Source: Octopus sinensis (lineage: Eukaryota). From it: 35,653 nt of DNA. The DNA is taken from NCBI RefSeq assembly GCF_006345805.1, contig NW_021828055.1, positions 1 through 35,653 of the forward strand. Reading direction: 5' to 3'. Both the position numbers and the translations under genes were made by a program. The notes under the pieces are model-generated. The model worked only from the letters and a program-made list of their open reading frames with translations. It was not told the origin of the DNA and made no database searches. Of this stretch, positions 1-10,808 are shown in pieces. Numbering within the stretch: the first letter of the stretch is position 1; every line of letters starts with the position of its first letter.

Positions 1-94
1 CCCCAGCTTGGTAACGACTCTGCCAGCTCACCACCTTTGTGTAATTTGATAGCAAAACTAGTAAGCCTCGATATTTTTTCTTTTTTTGCCTTAC

Positions 95-269
95 CCATTT
101 CTTCCAAGAGAAAGCTTAAGACGTCACTTCTTTGACTGGACGGTGTTCTGGAACTCATAAACGCTGAGTAATCAGTATCTTCTGATTCTGGTAATGATTC
201 AACAGACACAACTTTTGAGATCAATTTTCCATCCTTGACTACAAACAAGGCTCTATCTTTTACCAAGTT
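95..269 (-). CDS. MDH1B: MDH1B-like downstream exon: NLVKDRALFVVKDGKLISKVVSVESLPESEDTDYSAFMSSRTPSSQRSDVLSFLLEEM(G)
   Basis: gacAG acceptor at 271-270, open phase-0 frame and GTAAG donor at 94. NLVKDRAL is where the terminal MDH helix is expected. The rest is a low-conservation tail. The gene continues beyond the window edge. Confidence 0.7.
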
Positions 270-559
270 CTGTCAAAAATATAACATATTAATTAATGTA
301 CACCAGTGACCAAAATGAAGGTTTCATATGTAAAATGATGCATGAAGAAAGAAGACTTCTGCTTCATAAATACATAGACACACACACATACACATCATCA
401 CCACCACTACCACCACCACCACCACCACTACCACCACCATTTAAATGATGACAATGATGATGATAATGATGATGATGATAATGATGATCATGATATGGAT
501 GTTGAGGATGATGTGTGTGTGTGTGTGTGTGTGTGTGTGAGTGTGGGTGTGGAGGAACA

Positions 560-760
560 GGATAAACCCTAGTTATTAGTATAGTGAATGAGGTTATACA
601 GGAAGATGTCATACCGAATGACTGGTTAAACAGCATCGAAGACAACTGCTACAAAAGTAAAGGGTCTGCCACAGATTGAAGTAACTACAGAGGCATCAAA
701 CAGCTGGACTAGGTCGAGAAAGCTATGGAAAGAGTCATAGCTCAATTAATTGGAGAAAGA
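560..760 (+). mobile_element. Degenerate RTE LINE fragment (pre-RT region)
   Basis: Broken translation resembles IPNDW..S....YK.KG......NYRGIK.L......MERVI, typical of RTE ORF2. Confidence 0.6.
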
Positions 761-908
761 AAGAGAGAGAGTAGATGAGATGTGGTTTGATTTTGTGCCG
801 GGGACGAAAGTGCTATGAATGAGACTAGTGTGCAGGAGAAGTACTAAGCTAAAAGTAAGCTGTTGTACTAAGCTGTCTTCAGGATTTCTCACTTTGTGGT
901 CTTGTGGT

Positions 909-1246
909 TTGCCCAAGGTGCCATGCAGTGGGACTGAACCTGGAATCATGAGATTGGGAAGCAAGCTTCTTTCCACACAGCACTCCATATATATATACAT
1001 CATCATCATCATCATTTAACGTCCGCCCTCCATGCTGGCATGGGTTGGACGGTTTGACTGAGGACTGGTGAGGCAGAGGCTGCACCAGACTCCAATCTGA
1101 TCTGGCAGAGTTTCTACAGCTAGATGCCCTTCCTAATGCCAACCACTCTGAGAGTGTAGTGGGTGCTTTTATGTACCACTGGCACAAGGGCCAGTCAGGC
1201 AGTTCTGGCAACAACTATGCTCAAAAGGTGTTTTTGCATGCTACTT
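909..1246 (-). mobile_element. Composite repeat: RTE-type 3' tail + (GAT)n/(TA)n + SINE head; inverted twin of 4106-4465
   Basis: Reverse complement aligns nearly base for base with 4106-4465. ORFs 879-1214(-) and 4138-4428(+) translate almost identically. Confidence 0.85.
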
Positions 1247-1482
1247 GTTGAGAGAGCTAGTTAGTGGAAGAATGGCTTGTGAGAACCATAAAAGACATGT
1301 ACAGAGATGCTGTTAGTAAGGTGAGAGTTTAGCTATGAGTACAATGATGAGTTTAGAGTACAGACAGGAGTTCATCAGGATTTGGTTCACAGTTGCCTTT
1401 TCTATTCATCACAATTATCCAGGCAACAATGGAAGAATTTAAGAGCAAATACCTGTGGGAACTGCTATATGCTGATGACCAC
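1247..1482 (+). mobile_element. Degenerate RTE reverse transcriptase fragment
   Basis: Pieces read EEWLVRTIKDMYRDAVSKVRV, FRVQTGVHQ and WELLYADD (RT motifs) with frameshifts. Confidence 0.75.
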
Positions 1483-1880
1483 ACCCAAAGAAACCTCTTT
1501 AGTTCTGGTTCCTTTTTCATACTTCAAACTCTCATCTAGCTCAAAGCCACTTCTCAACTGTATCTTCATTCAGCTGAAAGGGATCCTCCACTGTAACCCG
1601 GTCAGTTCAAGTCTTGTGCTCTACAGAGTGATCTCCCCTTACAACAGCATCCAGTACACGCTGTAAAGTGGTTGGCATTTCAAACTGTTTATACATGGTT
1701 CCAGGTTCAGTCCCACTGCGTGGCATCTTGGGCAAGTGTATAACCTTTTTGGCATAATTTTATCAAAGAACATTTTTGGTATATTCCAAACACCATCTTA
1801 ATAACCTAGAGATAGATTGTTTTCCTAAATCTATCATGGATAGCGAATTTCATAATTGATATGGTTGCAAAAGGATTCAA

Positions 1881-2100
1881 CCCTTTCGTTACTGCATTTA
1901 TTTTAAGATGATTTTTGTTTCTTTCAATTACTTTAAATATAACAAAGAATTGAGTAAAATAACTTAGTTATCATTAAGCTAGTGTTAGGAACATAAATTG
2001 TGACTAAGGTTTGGTGGAAGATTTTAATTTAAAACTTATGAAAACAAGACATTTGTAGTCAGAGCCAGAGCCGGTTTCAGCCGGGTTGGTAACAAAAGGA
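1881..2100. mobile_element. piggyBac-type MITE (degenerate)
   Basis: Left end CCCTTTCGTTAC after ttcaa. Right end GTAACAAAAGGA before tttaa. These are imperfect TIRs with TTAA-like flanks and no ORF. Confidence 0.55.
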
Positions 2101-2157
2101 TTTAAATGTTTAGAGATTAAAAACCAAAATAGAGAAAAAAAAATCCAAGATACTTAC

Positions 2158-2288
2158 TTCGATTATTAAATCCATATCTTCTCTGCATTTTTCAGATATA
2201 CTCAGATTTTCAATGACAGAATATGCTAATGGTAGATAAAATGCTACTGGGAATGAAAAAGCGATGCCTTCTGGAACACCATACCAAC
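2158..2288 (-). CDS. MDH1B: MDH1B-like exon: (G)WYGVPEGIAFSFPVAFYLPLAYSVIENLSISEKCREDMDLIIE
   Basis: ccAG acceptor at 2290-2289 and GTAAGT donor at 2157. 131 nt, phase 1 to 0. Contains the MDH-family C-terminal motif YGVPEG..FSFPV. Not in the ORF track. Confidence 0.9.
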
Positions 2289-2589
2289 CTGGTAATAGAA
2301 AAGAAAGTATTTCTAAACAGCTTTGTTTTCATCAAGAATGCTATGTCAGTGGTTGGAATATAAACAAAGCAACTTAAAGCTTTCATGCAAGGAAGAAATA
2401 AATGTTGTGATCTACAGTTAAAGCTTATTATCCTCCAACCCCATGTTATATTATCCTTGTGTCAATCTAATGTAGAGCAGAATTCCACATGTGCATTCAG
2501 CCCTAGAATGTACCATGCTGTAGGATATCATGTGGTAACCAAATAATGATATGAGCTTTTAAATGCAGGTTAGGAAGTCTAGAGTCAGG

Positions 2590-3060
2590 TTATGAGGTCT
2601 AGAGTATCACTCATCAACTTTTTCAAGTACCACTTGAAAAGGAAGATGAGAATGGAGAGGCAGGTTTTGTCTCGTGAAAGTTTCGAAAAAAGGTGGGTGA
2701 ATGTAGCAAAGATGGTGCGTGCAAGTGACAAAACCACTTTGAGCATAATCTTGTAAATCAAAAAAAGAGAGAGAGCACTTTGCTCTCATGTGTTTATTCC
2801 CTCCCTCCCTGAGGTTACTGTGGCCTTTTCCATAGGCTTTTCTTTCCATGGATAAACCTAATCTTGCTTCTTACCTTTTAAAAATTTCTTTTGTGATACA
2901 CAATCTCTTTTGATTGCCCTTTTTTTTTCCCGACCCTTTTGATCAGAATTTTACTTTTTTTTCTGTTTTTTTCCCTTTTTCTTTTTCATATTCAAAAAGA
3001 AAAGCTCTACATTTGTATTTGTCCCCTCTGTGTTCAGCCCTGTGTGGCCAATAAAGAAAG
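2590..3060 (+). mobile_element. 3' end of an L1/Tx1-like LINE
   Basis: Reads ..KYHLKRKMRMERQVLSRESFEKRWVNVAKMVRASDKTTLSIIL*, followed by a T-rich 3' UTR, AATAAA at about 3050 and a simple repeat. Confidence 0.5.
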
Positions 3061-3205
3061 TTATCTATCTACCTATCTACTGATCGATCGATAGATAGCT
3101 GGATAGATATATAGATAGATAGACAGACAGACAGACAGATATATATATATATATATATATATATATCATCATTTAATGTCCATGCTCCATGCTGTATATT
3201 GTATA

Positions 3206-3600
3206 TTTGTGTGTTTCTCTTTACTTGTTTCAGTCATTTGGCTGTGGCCATGCTGGAGCACCGCTTTTAGTCGAGCAAATCAACCACAGGACTTATTCTT
3301 TGTAAGCCTAGTACTTATTCTATCGGTATCTTTTGCAGAACCACTAAGTTACTGGGATGTAAACACACCACCATTGGTTGTCAAGCGATGTTGGGGGGAC
3401 AAACACAGACACACAAACATATACACACATATATATATACAATGGATTTCTTTCAGTTTCTGTCTACCAAATCCACTCACAAGGCTTTGGTTGGCCCGAG
3501 GCTATAGTAGAACACACTTGTCCAAGGTGCCACGCAGTGGGAATGAACCTGGAACCATGTGGCAAGCTACTTACCACACAGCCACTCCTGTGCCTATGTG
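3206..3600 (-). mobile_element. SINE-type repeat(s), related to 4383-4812 and 7020-7215
   Basis: Shares ttacttgtttcagtcatt..ctgtggccatgctgg and acaccaacattggttgt(c/t)aagcgat blocks with the other copies. Confidence 0.7.
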
Positions 3601-3869
3601 TGCGTAGTAGTAGAACAAGAAAGTCCTTGGTACAGTATTATATATTTGAAAAAATGAATAGAAATTGCTTTTCTGATCATTTTTCCACTTCAATAATTAG
3701 ATGTTTACAAAAGGTTATTTTTATCACAAACATCTAATTATCGAAGTGGAAAATTTTTCAGAAAAGCCATTTCTATTCGTTTTTGCAAATATATATATAT
3801 ATATTGGACAATGAACTTTGCTTGCGAAAACCTATTGAGGTAAGTGTAAACAAAACAAAGCAAAATCGC

Positions 3870-4194
3870 TGACGTGGCCAATGATAGTAGAGCCTGATTG
3901 GCCCTCATGCCAGTGGAATGTTAAAGGTACATCTGAGCATGATCGTTGCCAGGGCCTCGGATTGGCTCCTGTGCCGGAAACATGTGAAAAGCACCATTCG
4001 AGCATGACTGTTGCCAGCGGCGCTTTATCGGCACATGTGCCGGTGGCACGGGAAAACGACAATTGAGCGTGGTCGTTGCCAGTGCCACTGGACTGGCTCC
4101 CATGTAAGTAGCATGCAAAAACACCTTTTGAGCATAGTTGTTGCCAGAACTGCCTGACTGGCCCTTGTGCCAGTGGCACGTAAAAGCACCCACT
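3870..4194 (+). repeat. Diverged tandem array with a 65-bp period (5 units) leading into an RTE-type 3' tail
   Basis: gagc.tg..(c/t)gttgccag unit starts at 3935, 4000, 4065 and 4130, with a weaker unit near 3870. Confidence 0.8.
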
Positions 4195-4349
4195 ACACTC
4201 TCAGAGTGGTTGGCATTAGAAAGGGCATCCAGCTGTAGAAAATCTGCCAGATCAGTTTGGAGTCTGGTGCAGCCTCTGCCTCACCAGTCCTCACTCAAAC
4301 CGTCCAACCCATGCCAGCATGGAGGGCGGACATTAAACGATGATGATGA

Positions 4350-4389
<40 letters not shown>

Positions 4390-4465
4390 AGTGCTGTATG
4401 GAAAGAAGCTTGCTTCCCAACCTCATGACTCCAGGTTCAGTCCCACTGCATGGCACCGTGGGCAA
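4106..4465 (+). mobile_element. Composite repeat, inverted twin of 909-1246
   Basis: Same RTE-tail/(GAT)n/(TA)n/SINE-head junction as 909-1246, in the opposite orientation. Confidence 0.85.
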
Positions 4466-4557
4466 GTGTCTTCTTCTATAGCCTCAGGCCAATCAAAACC
4501 TTGTGAGTGGATTTGGTAGACAGAAACTGAAAGAAGTCTGTCGTATGTATGTGTGTA

Positions 4558-4593
<36 letters not shown>

Positions 4594-5114
4594 ATGTGTG
4601 TGTGTGTGTCTGTGTATTTGTGTGTCTGTGTTTGTCTCTCCACCATCGCTTAACAACCAATGTTGGTGTGTCTACACCCTCGTAAATTAGCAGTTCAGCA
4701 AAAGAGACCGATAGAATGAGTGCTGGACTTGACTTACAAAGAATAAGTCCCGGGGTCGATTTGTTTCACTAAAGGTGATGCTCCAGCATGGCCACAGTCA
4801 AATGACTGAAACAAATAAAAGAACAAAAGAAAGAACATATACAAATACACACACACTTGTGCAAATACATACACACACACACACACATAGACACACACAC
4901 ACACAGACACACACATGGAAACTAGTATTTTTGGTACTCATTTTCAATTAAGTGTACTGGAAAATCTGGAAACTAAAAGAAGCAGCACAAATGCTAGGAC
5001 ACAAGAAGCTCCTAAGCAGATCGAGTGCAGATATGAGCAGCATATGGGAACCGGTATTAAGGAAGGATAGGAGAATATTAGATTTAGAAACCCTAAAATT
5101 TACTCCATAGTTGC

Positions 5115-5190
5115 TCACGGGCATATGGCATAGTGGTTAAGAGTGCAGGCTACTAACCCCGAGATTCCGAGTTTGATTCCAGGCAGTGAC
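5115..5190 (+). mobile_element. tRNA-derived SINE head
   Basis: A-box-like TGGCATAGTGG and B-box-like GTTTGATTCC at tRNA spacing. No complete cloverleaf or acceptor stem. Confidence 0.6.
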
Positions 5191-5197
5191 TGGATAA

Positions 5198-5248
5198 CGA
5201 TGATGATGGTGATGATGGTGATGATGGTAATGGTGATGATGGTGATGG

Positions 5249-5279
<31 letters not shown>

Positions 5280-5500
5280 GATGGTGATGATGATGGTAAT
5301 GATGATGATGATGGTGATGATGATGATGATGATGGTAATGATGATGATGATGGTGATGATGATGATGATGATGGTGATGATGACGATGATGATGTGATGA
5401 TGATGATGGTGGTTATGGTGATGATGGTGATGGTGATGATGATGATGGTGATAGGGGTGGTGGCGGCGGCGGTGATGGTGATAATGATGATGATGATGAT
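5198..5500 (+). repeat. Compound (GAT/GGT)n microsatellite, intronic
   Basis: Directly visible. It explains the Met/Val ORF 5143-5397. Confidence 0.95.
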
Positions 5501-5643
5501 TTCGTTGTCGTCATAAATTTCATGACTAGCTGTTAAAAAAAAATGCTCTCTAAAGAACTAAACTGGAACTTTCGCTTCTAAAGAATTTAACGCTGACTGC
5601 AACCGAAATGAATTAAGATTAAATACGGAAGAATTTAGCTTAC

Positions 5644-6740
5644 CATCGGATATAAGAGTCGCAGAGAATATGGCATTTGATGATAAACCATTCCACCAGT
5701 AATTTAATGTTGTTGTTATGGCATGACCAATGAGATGGTAGGTAGGGTGCCGTAAATTCATTTCATTGACGTGTTTTCTTGAACTGACTTCATTTACATA
5801 CTCCTTCTTGAGCCAGCTTTGTTGATGAAAAATATCATTTAATGGCTGAGAGAATGTAGCTGGACCAACAACTGCACAATCAAACTCTCTAACTAAAGTC
5901 TTGTCCAATTCTATCAAATAATCATTGCTGATACTTCCCAATATAACAACGTTATCAATGGAGCAGCTGCTTGCTGGCAGTTTTTCAGCTAAAACAGATT
6001 TGGCCTGGTTTTCAATTACTTTTGAAACACCAAAATATTTCTGGATGAAATGTGAGAAACAATCTCATTTAATATGCTCATATTTAAACACATGTAATTA
6101 TTTCCTGCAACTAATAGCAACGTGTCACTTTTGGCAACTTTCAACAGAGTTGTCCCATAAAACCCAAAAAGAACAGCGTTTCTTTCCGTCCACCGATGTA
6201 CTTTTTCCTCTTCTTTCCTTTCTACCTCATCCAAAAAGATAATAATTCTACTTCCTTTAAAAGCTTTTTCACAGTCAGATGTAACAAAGACATTCAAATA
6301 CAGAAGTCCATAAGCCATGTTTTGTATATTTTCAGCGATGTATTGCAATTCAGCTGTCTGTGCTGGATCGCAGTCCAGAAGACACAATGAAATTTTCTCT
6401 TTGCCAAATATTTCCCTGAGAGTAAACTGTCGACCAAACTGAAACAAACTGGGCTACTAGCATTTGTTATGCACACTTTAATGAATTTTTCGTTTCTTAT
6501 CCTTTCTCTTTCTTCTTCATCAAGTTCGATTTTCGTGGTTTGATTTTCATAAGCAATGATTTTCATACTTTTGCCGTCCAAATCAATAGTAACGCCATAG
6601 TAGCCGTATGCATATTCTTCAAATTCATTCGATCCACCAATTAAAACACCTTTCCCACCTCGATCAACCAATTCTCTCCAAATTATTGGTGATTGTTCAT
6701 GCTTCCAACCATTTGCCTCACATATTTCACAAAGCCATTC
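5644..6740 (-). CDS. MDH1B: MDH1B-like large internal exon (EWLCEICEANGW...SPIIWRELVDRGGKG...ATLISDG), with two -1 frameshifts near 6415 and 6033
   Basis: ttcAG acceptor at 6742-6741 and GTAAG donor at 5643. Three consecutive ORF pieces (6294-6749, 6016-6447, 5558-5941) join into one collinear MDH1B-like peptide. The motif SPIIWRELVDRGGKG is diagnostic. Adding 2 nt gives 1099 nt, phase 0 to phase 1, matching both neighbouring exons. Confidence 0.9.
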
Positions 6741-7384
6741 CTGAATCACACAAAGTTAAGCAAAAATTAAAACCAACATAAAATTGAATTGAAACATTGA
6801 TAAAGCATAGGTATTAACTATTGCAGAAATTCAATTTCCTCTAGGAAAAATGTTTGTGTACACACAATTATTATCTTTTGTACATTAGGCATAAAATATG
6901 CATGCACACGAGCAAGTGCACAGCTTAAAGGAAACAGTGCACCTAAGATTGCACTGAGCTGCACACCATCATCAAGTGTAGAGACGCAGCAACTGTCATA
7001 TATATATCTTTTCCCTTTTGAATCTTTTACTTGTTTCAGTCATCAGACTGCGGCCATGCTGGGGCAGCGCTTTGAAGAATTTTAGTTGAATGAATCGATC
7101 CTAGTCTTTATTATTTTCATTTTAAGCCAGGTACTTATTTCATTGGTCTCCTTTTGCTGAACTGCTAAGATATGGGGACATAGACACCAACACTGGCTGT
7201 CGGGTGATGGTGGGGGCAAACATAGACTCAAAGACATGCACACGCACACACACACACACCACAACACACGTATACTCATACAGAGGCAAGGACTGAGACC
7301 ATTTGGCATTATGCTGTGCCTTGGGTGTTGGGCTTTTGTCATTATGCCAAGCTTGAGAAGAAGACCCACCAAGCCAAGTAAAAC

Positions 7385-7612
7385 CACAGGCATGGTAGAT
7401 ACTGGTGTCACACAAACTGCACCAGTGTCAGTAGAACGTATAAAGCACCCATTACACTCTTAGAGTGGTTGGCATTAGGAAGGGCATCCAGCCATAGAAA
7501 CCATGCCAAAACAGATTGGAGTTTGGTGTAGCCTTCCATCTTACTAGCCCAGGTTAAGCCATCCAGCCCATACCAGCATGGATAATGGATGTTAAATGAT
7601 GATGATGATGAT
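7385..7612 (+). mobile_element. RTE-type 3' tail repeat (further copies at about 8340-8650 and 9149-9310)
   Basis: Shared core cacccactacactct..gagtggttggc.ttaggaagggcatccagc...ccatgccagcatgga...gttaaacgatgatgat. Confidence 0.8.
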
Positions 7613-7974
7613 ATGCTGAGACCCCCTTCGGTCATGACTGACCATGGGATTGCACCTAGAAAGTTACCCTCTGAGGTACAAGTCTGCGCAAGGTTGTTTA
7701 TGGAAAACCAGCAGTCGCTCATGCATACCGGCCTCCCCTCTGCATGCCACCAGTGTTATCCAAAGGAAAGGCAAAGGCCGATACAGCTTGGCATCAGTGA
7801 CATTGTAAATCATTTCTACAGTTGAGTGAACTGGAGCAACATGAAATAAAGTGTCTTGCTCAAGAACACAACATGCAGCCCGGTCCAGGATTCAAACTCA
7901 CAACCTCACAATCGTAAGATCAACGCTCTAACCACTGAACCATGTGCATTCACAGATGATAATGATGATGATGA

Positions 7975-8013
<39 letters not shown>

Positions 8014-8085
8014 TGTGTTTGTTTGTGTGTGTGTGTATATATATATATATCTATATATCTATATATATATTAATATGTGTGTGTT

Positions 8086-8137
<52 letters not shown>

Positions 8138-8840
8138 TATTGGCCTGCTTGCTTAGCCAGTGGGGTGGCGTCACTTGAAGGCTAAAACCATGCGAAGCGC
8201 ATTGTGACCAGCGATGTGTAGCAAAATCTGATAGCCTGGTCAGTCACGGTGATCACGGTGATATATTAATATGGTTAGTCCACAAAACTCAGTAAGGAGC
8301 ACAGAACCAGTTTTCCAGTTTGTGTGGTCTGCAACATCCAAAGTGGTCAATGCCAGAGCTCTCTGGTTGGCTCCCATGCTGGTGGCATGTAAAAAGCACC
8401 ATCCAACATGGTCGATGCCAGGTCCACCTGACTGGCTCCTGACATGCTGGTGGCATGTAAAAAATATCCACTCACTCTCAGAGTGATTGGCATTAGGAAG
8501 GACATCAGCTGTAGAAACATTGCAAAATCAGATCGGAGCCTGATGCAGCCAATGGCTTCCCAGACATCAGTCAAGCCATCCAACCCATGCCAGCATGGAA
8601 AACAGACGTTAAACGATGATGATGATGATGACGATGATGATGATGATGATATATTCCTTACTGGATTACTCATTTTTGCCAGCTGAGTGGACTGGGGCAA
8701 CGTGAAATAAAGTGATTTGTCTCAAAGAATACAATGCATTGTCCGATCCATGAATGAAAGCCATGAACTCATGATCAGAACTCCAACACCCTAACCACTA
8801 AGCCATGCACCTCTACTACACACACACACACATATTGTAA

Positions 8841-9060
8841 GGTGAGCTGGCAGAATCATTAGCACGCCAGACAAAATGCATAGCGGTATTTTGTCTGTCT
8901 TTATGTTCTGAGTTCAAATTCCACCGAGATCGACTTTGCCTTTCATCCTTTTGGGGGGTTGACTGAATAAATACCCGTTATGTACTAGGGTTGATGTAAT
9001 CAACATAATTCCTTTGTCTGGTCATGTTGGTCCCCTCTATGTTTAGACCCCTGTGGGTAA
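8841..9060 (+). mobile_element. SINE (ggtgagctggcagaatcattagcac... family); related pieces at 1-35(-) and 11597-12200
   Basis: B-box-like GAGTTCAAATTCC plus the gtcgactttgcctttcatcc core shared among copies. Confidence 0.75.
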
Positions 9061-9336
9061 TAAATATATATATATATATAGTTATCTGTATGCCCCCCCA
9101 CACACACATATGCATGCATACATATATAAAACAAAAAGGGAAGCACACACTACACTCTCGGAGTGGTTGGCGTTAGGAAGGGCATCCAGCTGTAGAAACT
9201 CTGCCAGATCAAGATTGGAGCCTGGTGCAGCCATCTGGTTCGCCAGCCCTCAGTCAAAATCATCCAACCCATGCTAGCATGGAAAGCGGACGTTTAAACG
9301 ATGATGATGATATTTATAAAAAGAAATATAACTAAC

Positions 9337-9449
9337 CGGCCATTCTGCAGTTGTTTTCACAATCTTGTGAATTTTGAAATCTGGAAGGTTACGTGCGAGT
9401 TTGTCCCCAAGCAGCTCTGCTCGGACATAGTGAGGGCAGTCTTGCATTC
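9337..9449 (-). CDS. MDH1B: MDH1B-like coding exon (probable exon 2): (G)MQDCPHYVRAELLGDKLARNLPDFKIHKIVKTTAEWP
   Basis: Pyrimidine tract plus caaAG acceptor at 9451-9450 and GTTAGT donor at 9336. 113 nt, phase 1 to phase 0. The peptide matches the MDH1B N-terminus as I recall it (G..DCPYYAKAELLAD.L.KNLPDF.IHKI). Confidence 0.9.
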
Positions 9450-9586
9450 CTTTGAGAAAAAGAGACGAAAAGAAAAAAATGTTATGAACAATGGTGAGAA
9501 CTGTTTTGCATTCCATTTAAGATAAACACATATTATTATGAATAAGAAATATTAAAGGGAATATGGTGCATACAGAGAATATTATA

Positions 9587-10152
9587 TTGGGTTGTCTGGA
9601 AAGTTTGTGCTGATTTGTAGTAGCTTACCTTTCGACTTATTTTAGAACATGGTTGAGTCCATAAAATAGGATTTGACTACATCTCCATTTAGAGCACAGT
9701 TTAAGCTATCTTTTCGTGGAAGAAGGTTTATGTTCCTATAACCTGTGTTAATTCTGTAACCCTTTAAAATGGAAGATAAGAAAGTTCATTTTCGGCACTT
9801 GATGCTTTGAGAACCAGACGAAAATTGCTGCAGCTCGGCTGGGATGTGTTACCCCACCCTCCATATTCACCAGATATTGCTCCTTTGGATTTCCACTTAT
9901 TCAGGTCTCTGCAGAATAGTCTTAATGGTAAAAATTTCAGTTCCTTGGATGACGTAAAAAGATACCTTGATGAATTCTTTGCTATGAAACCACCTCAGTT
10001 CTGGGAAGAGGGTACTTTCAAGTTAAAGGAAACATGGAGACGCATTGTGCAACAAAATGGTTCATATTTGGTTGATTAAAAATGTAATGGCAAGTATTTA
10101 TTGACCTTTTTCTTTCTTTTAAAAATCGGCATGAACTTTCCGGACAACCCAA
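9587..10152 (+). mobile_element. Internally deleted mariner transposon with both TIRs
   Basis: TA target duplications at 9585-9586 and 10153-10154. About 30-bp TIRs (TTGGGTTGTCYGGAAAGTT...). The transposase start MEDKKVHFRHLML (ATG 9769) is fused to the C-terminus LGWDVLPHPPYSPDIAPLDFHLF...KLKETWRRIVQQNGSYLVD. Confidence 0.93.
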
Positions 10153-10808
10153 TAGTTACATATTACATTCATGCTAGAAACAATGAAGTTTTAAATAATT
10201 AAAAAGATTGCTTTGGTACAATGGCAGAACATCTGTCATGATAACAGGAGATGAAGGTTTGCGTCCCATGAGCCACCGTCAATATTTTCTATCCACAAGG
10301 ATTTTAAACTAATATTTAGAGGCTATTATTTATAGACTTATCTGCTTTGAGACCCACCCTTCCTAAAAAAGAATTATATTTTTGTTTATTCAAGACGTAT
10401 TCCACTACAGTATGACATGATATGAGTAGTTTCATGGGAAAGCTCTGTATCAGCGCTTCGTTTTGATAACCGTTTATAGTAAACTTATATAGTACCCCTA
10501 CAAACAGGGTAAATGCATCTATTACTCCATTGATTGGATAAATGGTGAACAACTTTAACCCTCTAGCATTCAGATTACTTATTTAATACTTATTTATTCA
10601 TATTCAGAAAGGTTCAAATTCAGGATATACAAGATCCAAATTTTGAATGAAGTGCAAAAGTTCGTATTACCATAACAAATACTTCTGCAGGTTACAGAGA
10701 AATTTATAGAGAGTGAAAAAAGGCTTCTTCTAAGCAAACAACTCTATATTTGGGTTTTAAACAGAAATCTACAAGTCCGTCTACGAGTGCTTGTGAATCG
10801 GCGATCGG

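Noticed and set aside
364-645. His-, Met-, Lys-, Cys/Val- and Tyr/Ile-rich ORFs here and at 5143, 7856, 18295, 24641, 29358, 32788 and 34411
   Set aside because: They are translations of microsatellites with no splice or homology support.
3870-4194. Regular array as CRISPR
   Set aside because: Eukaryotic context, whole units are homologous, and there are no unique spacers or cas genes.
5115-5190. tRNA gene
   Set aside because: Only A/B boxes are present, with no acceptor stem. It fits a SINE head.
5558-5643. ORF-track extension KLNSSVFNLNSFRLQSALNSLEAKVPV as the MDH1B C-terminus
   Set aside because: It lies past a strong GTAAG donor. The homologous continuation is exon 2158-2288.
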